A stretch of DNA of 64,000 nt from Amoebophrya sp. A120 (taxonomy: Eukaryota > Protista > Dinoflagellata): NCBI GenBank assembly GCA_905178155.1, contig CAJINV010000013.1, positions 238,344 through 302,343 of the forward strand, in the 5' to 3' direction. The notes under the pieces were generated by a model. The model worked only from the letters and a program-made list of their open reading frames with translations. It had not been told where the DNA came from and ran no database searches. Within the stretch, counting starts at the first letter, position 1, and each line of letters opens with the position of its first letter. The translations under genes and the position numbers were made by a program. Below are positions 62,372 to 64,000 of this stretch, one piece after another.

Positions 62372-63994
62372 TTACCCCTGAGCCGTAGAACCCGAACGGC
62401 AGAATCCCTGCCTTGTCCTCTTCTGTTCGGGTCCACGAACTCCGTTCGTTCGTGCCGCCGAATGGTATCTTTTACTGCTTGTGTTTGGGTTTGCGTCAGC
62501 AGGGTTCGATGGCGCGCGTGCTGTTGCGTCGTCCTCTTGCATGTTGTTCTTCATTGCTGGATCGCTAGCTCTAGCATGGATCTTCTGTTGGCTTGTTGAG
62601 CCTTCCGCGCGCCCTCGCTCCACCGCGGCTTCACCAAGAAACTCCTGAATGATGTCGGTACTCTGCTCCGCATCCTCGCTGCGCGCGCTCTCCGCCTGCA
62701 CATGATGAGTGATTGTGCCCTGTTCTCGCGCTGAAGTTGGTGGCACTCTCAGTGTCGAGCGCAGAATTATGTTTTCGATGTAAAGCTTTGGGTCCAGGAG
62801 CGGCGACCGTGGCGCTTTTGTCGTTCTGCTATTAATGTGGTCGTGGTCATAATCGCCGAGCATGTGAGTCCTCTTAGCGTTGCTGGAGAACAAGGGCTTC
62901 CTGCTGATAGCCATACTACCGGGCGCAACACTCCCAGCGAGCTCACAACCCGGACCATCCATTGTTCCAAGTGTTCCACACGAAACTTGCGGTCCGGGTG
63001 GAGCGACATTTTCGAGATATGGTTCCAGGTCATTTTCATGCCTCTTTAGCTCTCTCATCAGGGACTCCCAACCGCCCTGCGCGCCTGCGCCTGCGTTTGC
63101 TGCGGAGACCTGGCGCAGCCCTTGTTGTTGGGGGCAAGCCTTCTTGAAGCAGGTATTCGTCCGTGACGCGTTGTCACCTACTACATGACTTTCAACGGGC
63201 GACGCCGAAGGTGGTTCGCGGGAGGCGTTTCTCGTGTGATCGGTTTGGTCTTCCTCGCGATACTCGTTCCGTGCTGCAAGTGCTAGCCGCCCCGGAGATG
63301 GAGGAAAAAGTGTTGTTTGCGGAATTATTGTGTCCTCACGACCGGCTGGAAGATTTTGCGCCAGCGATCCTTCAAGTTGTACCGAGACCGTACCCGCAGG
63401 TTGGACGCAGCTACCAGACGAGCCAGAAGGACAAATACCTGCTCCTGTTGCCCTAGTGTTCGTCTTCGACGAAGCGTTTGAAGGTGGGTACTCGATCGTG
63501 TCTGAGCCATCCGCTGCAGCTGCTTCTTCCTGTTCCTCTAGTGCACAGGCTGAGACGGGGGGCTGCGGCTGCTCTCTCTCTAGTCCCGCTTGTTGCGAGC
63601 AGTTCCGTGTTGTACGCGATTCGCTACTAGATGGAGGCGCATCTTCCAGCGAACCAGAAGCATGCCGCTCCGCCTGCTTCCGGTGCTTCATCTCCACCGC
63701 CGGTTGCTCTTTGCTATGTTTCCTCGACGTGACGCCAGTCACGTTTTCGTTTCTATTTTCTTCGACTGAAAAATTTGTTGTCTGTCCAGGATCAACAGCA
63801 GCACACACAGCACCAGGAGCAGGCACCTCGCTGTTGTTTTCGTTGGCGTCAACATTATCTTCATGAACAGAGACCGTTCTCGCGACGCAGATTTCGCCTG
63901 GTGCCGTCGGTGCGGGTGCCGCGCATTGCTCTTTTACAACCACGTCTCCTGCGCCTTGCAAGTTGGAAGCCCCATCTTGAGCCACGATCTCCAC
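62372..63994 (-). CDS. Low-complexity/disordered hypothetical protein exon (continues beyond the window)
   Basis: 540-codon open frame rich in S/A/E/Q/P, open to the window edge; no domain recognised. Confidence 0.55.
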   Translation of the reverse strand: MEIVAQDGASNLQGAGDVVVKEQCAAPAPTAPGEICVARTVSVHEDNVDANENNSEVPAPGAVCAAVDPGQTTNFSVEENRNENVTGVTSRKHSKEQPAVEMKHRKQAERHASGSLEDAPPSSSESRTTRNCSQQAGLEREQPQPPVSACALEEQEEAAAADGSDTIEYPPSNASSKTNTRATGAGICPSGSSGSCVQPAGTVSVQLEGSLAQNLPAGREDTIIPQTTLFPPSPGRLALAARNEYREEDQTDHTRNASREPPSASPVESHVVGDNASRTNTCFKKACPQQQGLRQVSAANAGAGAQGGWESLMRELKRHENDLEPYLENVAPPGPQVSCGTLGTMDGPGCELAGSVAPGSMAISRKPLFSSNAKRTHMLGDYDHDHINSRTTKAPRSPLLDPKLYIENIILRSTLRVPPTSAREQGTITHHVQAESARSEDAEQSTDIIQEFLGEAAVERGRAEGSTSQQKIHARASDPAMKNNMQEDDATARAPSNPADANPNTSSKRYHSAARTNGVRGPEQKRTRQGFCRSGSTAQG

Positions 63995-64000
63995 CTCTGC

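Noticed and set aside
1-64000. Genome-wide stop-codon reassignment, as reported for one Amoebophrya lineage
   Set aside because: Long exons (700-1190 codons) are open under the standard code, conserved Trp uses TGG, and genes end at TGA/TAG. Only isolated in-frame TGAs occur.

Overview
Eukaryotic, intron-rich protist DNA. The best fit is the parasitic dinoflagellate Amoebophrya (Syndiniales); this is inferred from non-GT-AG introns, introner-like elements flanked by TIRs and TSDs, a dinoflagellate SL-like 15-mer and a long single-strand gene block. From left to right: a ~3.8-kb GC-rich higher-order satellite (4.46-8.3 kb); then about ten minus-strand genes (11.6-49.2 kb). These include an Mps1/TTK-like kinase with a TM helix and a long C-terminal ectodomain, a neighbouring paralog of that ectodomain, an SRSF1-like splicing factor, a MORN protein, an FkbM-like methyltransferase, a PhyH-like dioxygenase and a RING/TRAF zinc-finger gene with UGA at a conserved Cys. 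Next come two tandem copies of a Ty1/copia element joined at an assembly gap (gag and pol in frame, separated by one UGA), a decayed non-LTR RT and a low-complexity ORF. The strongest signal is a recurring non-canonical intron geometry, 5'-N-TAY...ATA-NNNN-3', which restores reading frames in five genes and matches the ends of a MITE-like introner with a 5-bp TSD. All gene models were built by hand without transcript data.
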